Shown: one piece after another, positions 59,763-64,000 of the stretch
How the letters are laid out: each line of letters begins with the position of its first letter
How positions within the stretch are numbered: the first letter of the stretch is position 1
From: Leucoraja ocellata
Taxonomy: Eukaryota
DNA length: 64,000 nt
Direction of reading: 5' to 3'
Assembly: GCA_036785375.1 (NCBI GenBank)
Contig: JAWMAR010000003.1
Span: 17,360,001-17,424,000 of the forward strand
Position numbers and translations under genes: made by a program
Notes under the pieces: model-generated
Database searches by the model: none
Seen by the model: only the letters and a program-made list of their open reading frames with translations
What the model was told of the DNA's origin: nothing

Positions 59763-60559
59763 AATTGCTCACTTTTGTTTATATGAACAGGTTGTAACGG
59801 TTTCCCAGTAAATGGCTTTGCTTTATCATTTATAAGGATCAACAAGAAAACAAGAGCATTCGTAATTATCTAAGTTTAGAAACCTTAATGACATTGGACA
59901 AATGGTACAGTGATGTGGTTATTCATACAGTCACTGCTGCATTACTGGAACTGTTAGTCACAAAAAGGTGCCTCACATTTCAGCTCATTGATTAGTTCAG
60001 ATTGTCAACGTGCAAAAATTTCAATCAATGGAACACATTATTTGGCCTACGCGGTGACTATACCTTGATTTGTATGAGTTGTTGTAGAGGACTTAGTCTT
60101 TCTTTTTTTTTAAATAACCGCTGTACCTGACAAACTTGAGATATCATTGTCACAACAGCAGCAGTCATTAAACGTGATGCCCTGCAATGTATTCATCTCT
60201 TCAGATGATATGCTGCTTAATACAAAGTGATACAGAGCTTGCTTCTGATCTATAGCTAAAGAATTAATTTACATTTGTGAAAATAATTACTAAATAAGCT
60301 CCGTATGTAGCGGATTTGTCTAAATTTGATTTGAATTAAGCAGCAGTTCATTCGACAGGTGAATATTTAATGTTCATCATACAATACTTTTGCACACGTT
60401 TTTGTAAAATATGAGTGCAATCTGACACTTCTCAGCAACTACACATTCACAGAATGGAAAGTGTGGAATTAGTATAGTGATATAATTCATATTTTCTTCG
60501 TCGGTTGCCACTCGTATATCTGTCCAGTTAGGCATGAAGCAACTAGTGTACACTTTGAG

Positions 60560-61175
60560 CAAGTTCACAAGTTAGGGCATTCAGCCCATTGAGTCCACTC
60601 CGCCATTCAATCATGCTGATCTCTGCATCCTAATTCAAATTTTCTGCCTTCTCCTCATAATCATTGACATCCTTTCTAATCAAGAATTTGTCTATCTCTG
60701 CCTTAAAAATATCCACTTGTACATGCCTTCACAGTGCATTGTGGCAATGAGTTCCACAGATTAACCACCCTCTGACTAAAGAAGTTCCTCCTCAACTTTT
60801 TTTCTAAAAAAGGGCACTTTAATTCTGAGGCTAGGACATCTGGTCCTAGACTCTCCCACCAGTGGATACATTGTTTCCACATCCACTCTACCTATGCCTT
60901 TCATTATTCTGTAAGTTTCAATGAGGTTCCCCCCTCAACCTTCTAAACTCCAGCGAGTTCAGGCCCAGTGCTGTCAAACGCTCATCATATGCTAACCCAC
61001 TCATTCCTGGAATCATTCTTGTAAACCTCCACTGGACCTTCTTCAGAGCCAGCACATCTGTTCTCAGATATAGGGCCCAAATTTGCTCACAGTACTCCAA
61101 ATGCATCCTTACCAGGGCCTTATAGATTTAGCCTCAGCATTACATCGCTGTTTTTGTATTCCAGTCCTCTCGATA
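60560..61175 (-). mobile_element. CR1 3' fragment
   Basis: HLEYCEQIWA, RFTRMIPGM, LEFRRLRG; CAAGTTCACAAGTT tail. Confidence 0.88.
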
Positions 61176-61254
61176 TAAAGTTTTTAAGAAGGAACTGCAG
61201 ATGCGGTCTACCTCTCGAGTTCATGGGTACTACTGTAAAGAAAAATTGAATATG

Positions 61255-61410
61255 GACGCAGTGCAGTACAGTATAGGACCAGGCCCTTCGGCCCACAATG
61301 TCCACGCCGAACATGATGCCAAGGTAAACTAATAATCTCTGCCTGCACTTGATCCATAACCCTCCATTCCCTGCATATCCATGTGCCAATCTAAATGCCC
61401 CTCAAATGCC
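61255..61410 (-). mobile_element. CR1 3' UTR fragment
   Basis: CAGGCCCTTCGGCCCACAATGTCC...CCATTCCCTGCATATCCATGTG. Confidence 0.65.
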
Positions 61411-61883
61411 AACTCACTGGTCTTAAATCAATTCACATGTTTTTTTTTTATAGAGTTCCAGTATGGTCATCAATAAACAACTTACTGCAATAAAATATTC
61501 ACAACTCGCTGAAGGACAGGGAAATCTTGTCATTTTGTCTCGCTGCTTTGACTCCTATAAGAGTCACAAGCATCTGTTGCCTGCCCATGGAATTCATTTT
61601 AGTACTCCATCTACAGATTGTAATTTAAAGCATGTTTTGCATATGAATTTTATTATGATGATTCAAAATCTCACTAGATGCTCCTACACTTATGAATCCA
61701 AGGGAATGTGTTTGCATCCTCTCACTGAATAATAGTGATTTGCGTGCTCTAGGCAAGTAATAAACTCTTATTGTTACCAGTTGGTGCATAGGAATTTCAC
61801 TCCAACTCACATCAAATAGGATAAAATTAGCAACACCAAATAGCTCCCATTATAAACAAACCCATCAAATGGATGTATGTCTA

Positions 61884-64000
61884 ACTGGAAAGGGATCCCA
61901 GCAGGAATGACAGTGGAACAGCAATGGCAGGAATTTCTGGGCATAATCCGGAAGACGCAGGATCATTTCATTCCAAAAAGGAAGAAAGATTCTAAGGGGA
62001 GCAGGAGGCAACCGTGGCTGAAGTTAGGGATAGAATAAAACAAAAAGAAAATATGTATAACACAGCAAAGAGCAGCCAGAAGCCAGAGGATTGGGAAACT
62101 TTCATAGGACAACAGAAGGAAACAAATCGGGTAATACAGGCTGAAAAGATGAAGTATGAGGGGAAGCCGGACAGAAATATAAAGGACAGTAAAAGCTTCT
62201 TTAGATATGTTAAGGGAAAAAGAGTAGCAAAGTCAAATGTGGGTCCCTTGAAGGCAGACACGGGAGAAATTATTATGGGTAACAAGGAAATGGCAGAAGA
62301 GTTGAACAGGTACTTCGGATCTGTCTTCAATAAGGAAACAAACAATCTCCCAGATGTACTGGAGGACAGAGGATCTAAGGGGATAGAGGAACTGAAAGAA
62401 ATTTTGATTAGGCGAGAAATAGTATAGGGTTAGGCTAATGGGACTGAAGGATGATAAATCCCCTGGGCCTGATGGTCTGCATCCCAGGGTCCTCAGGGAG
62501 GTGGCTTTAGAAATAGTGGACGCATTGGTGATCATTTTCTAATGTTCAATAGATTCAGGATCAGTTCCTGTGCATTGGAGGATAGCTAATGTTATCCCAC
62601 TTTTCAAGAATGGAGCGAGAGAGAAAACAGGGAATTACAGACCAGATAGCCTGACCGGTGGTGGGAAAGATGCTGGTCAATTATTAATGAAGTAATAATT
62701 TGGATAGCAGTAAAATAATTTGGAAAGCAGTAAAAGGATTAACCTAAGTCAGCATGGATATATGAAAGGGAAATCATACTTGATTAATCTTCTGGAATTT
62801 TTTGAGGATGTGACAAGTAAAATGGATGAAGGGGAGCCAGTGGATGTTGTGTATCTAGACTCTCAGAACGCCTTTGATAAGGTCCCGCACGGGAGACTGG
62901 TGACTAAAATTAGAATACATGGTATTGGGGGTAGGGTGTTGACATGGATAGAAAATTGGTTGGCAGACACGAAGCAAATAGTAGGAGTGAACGGGTCCTT
63001 TTCAGAATGGCAGGCAGTGGCGAGTGGAGTGACACAAGGCTCGGTGTTGGGGCCGCAATTGTTTACCATATATATTAATGATTTGGAGGAGGGAATTAGA
63101 TGCAACACTAGCAAGTTTGCGGATGACACAAAGCTGGGTGGCAGTGTGAACTGTGAAGAGGATGTTAGGAGGTTGCAGGGTGACCTGGACAGGTTGAGTG
63201 AGTGGGCAGATTCGTGACAGATGCAGTATAATATAGATAAATGTGAGGTTATTCACTTTAGTGGCAAAAACAAGTGGGCAGATTATTATCTCAATGGGGT
63301 TAGGTTAGGTAAGGGGGAGGTGCAGCGAGACCTGGGTGTCCTTGTGCACCGGTCACTGAAAGTTGGCGTGCAGGTACAACAGGCAGTGAAGAAAGCTAAT
63401 GGAATGTTGGCCTTCATAACAAGAGGATTTCAGTATAGGAGTAATGAGGTTCTTCTGCAGTTGTACAGGGCTCTGGTAAGACCACATCTGGAGTATTGTG
63501 TACAATTTTGGTCTAATTTGAGGAAGGACATCCTTGTAATTGAGGCAGTGCAGCGTAGGTCCACGAGATTAATTCCTGGGATGGTGGGACTGTCATATGA
63601 GGAAAGATTGAAATGACTAGGCTTGCACTGGAGTTTAGAAGGATGAGGGGCGATCTTATAGAAACATATAAAATAATAAAAGGACTGGACAAGCTAGATG
63701 CAGGAAAAATGTACCCAATGTTGGGCGAGTCCAGAACCTGGGGCCACAGTCTTAGAATAAAGGGAGGCCATTTAAGACTGAGGTGAGAAAATACGTTTTC
63801 ACCCAGTGAGTTGTGAATTTGTGGAATTCCCTGCCACAGAGTGCAGTGGAGGCCAAATCACTGGATGAATTTAAGAGAGAGTTAGATAGAGCTCTTGGGG
63901 CTGGTGGAATCAAGGGATATGGGGAGAAGGCAGGCACGGGTTATTGATTGGGGACGATCAGCCATGATCACAATGAATGGCGGTGCTGATTCGAATGGCC
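61884..64000 (+). mobile_element. CR1 ORF2 (RT) decayed copy with 3' UTR running to window end
   Basis: AFDKVPHGRL, TQGSVLGPQLF, FADDTKLGG, LVRPHLEYCVQFWS; several stops and frameshifts. Confidence 0.93.

Overview
Vertebrate, repeat-dense, non-coding DNA with no recognisable host gene. It is most likely intergenic or deep intronic sequence from a cartilaginous fish (skate/ray/shark), inferred from HE1-like V-SINEs sharing CR1 tails, abundant CR1, Rex1/Babar and Penelope elements. Nearly all ORFs in the track are decayed transposon fragments. Elements with readable ends are: a DIRS element with inverted termini and an internal complementary region (31706-35903); a class I endogenous retrovirus with both LTRs and a 4-bp TSD (54750-58948) whose pol carries a two-HxT, 2H-phosphoesterase-like segment; a Gypsy element with a nested CR1 (13165-16335); a Harbinger DNA transposon hosting two retro-insertions (45570-48519); a Vingi-like LINE; and a Penelope copy with a 15-bp TSD. 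Best leads: (1) non-autonomous Helitrons with head-to-tail CTAG|TC junctions, covarying 3' hairpins and internal minisatellite modules; (2) about nine Penelope-derived minimal hammerhead-ribozyme-like motifs, some in palindromic mini-elements; (3) the ERV 2H domain; (4) a CR1 insertion with a 161-bp fold-back palindrome and 28-bp TSD; (5) a GC-rich non-coding retroelement family carrying Rex1-type 3' stem-loop tails. All family assignments come from motif recognition by eye, and the boundaries of degraded copies are approximate.
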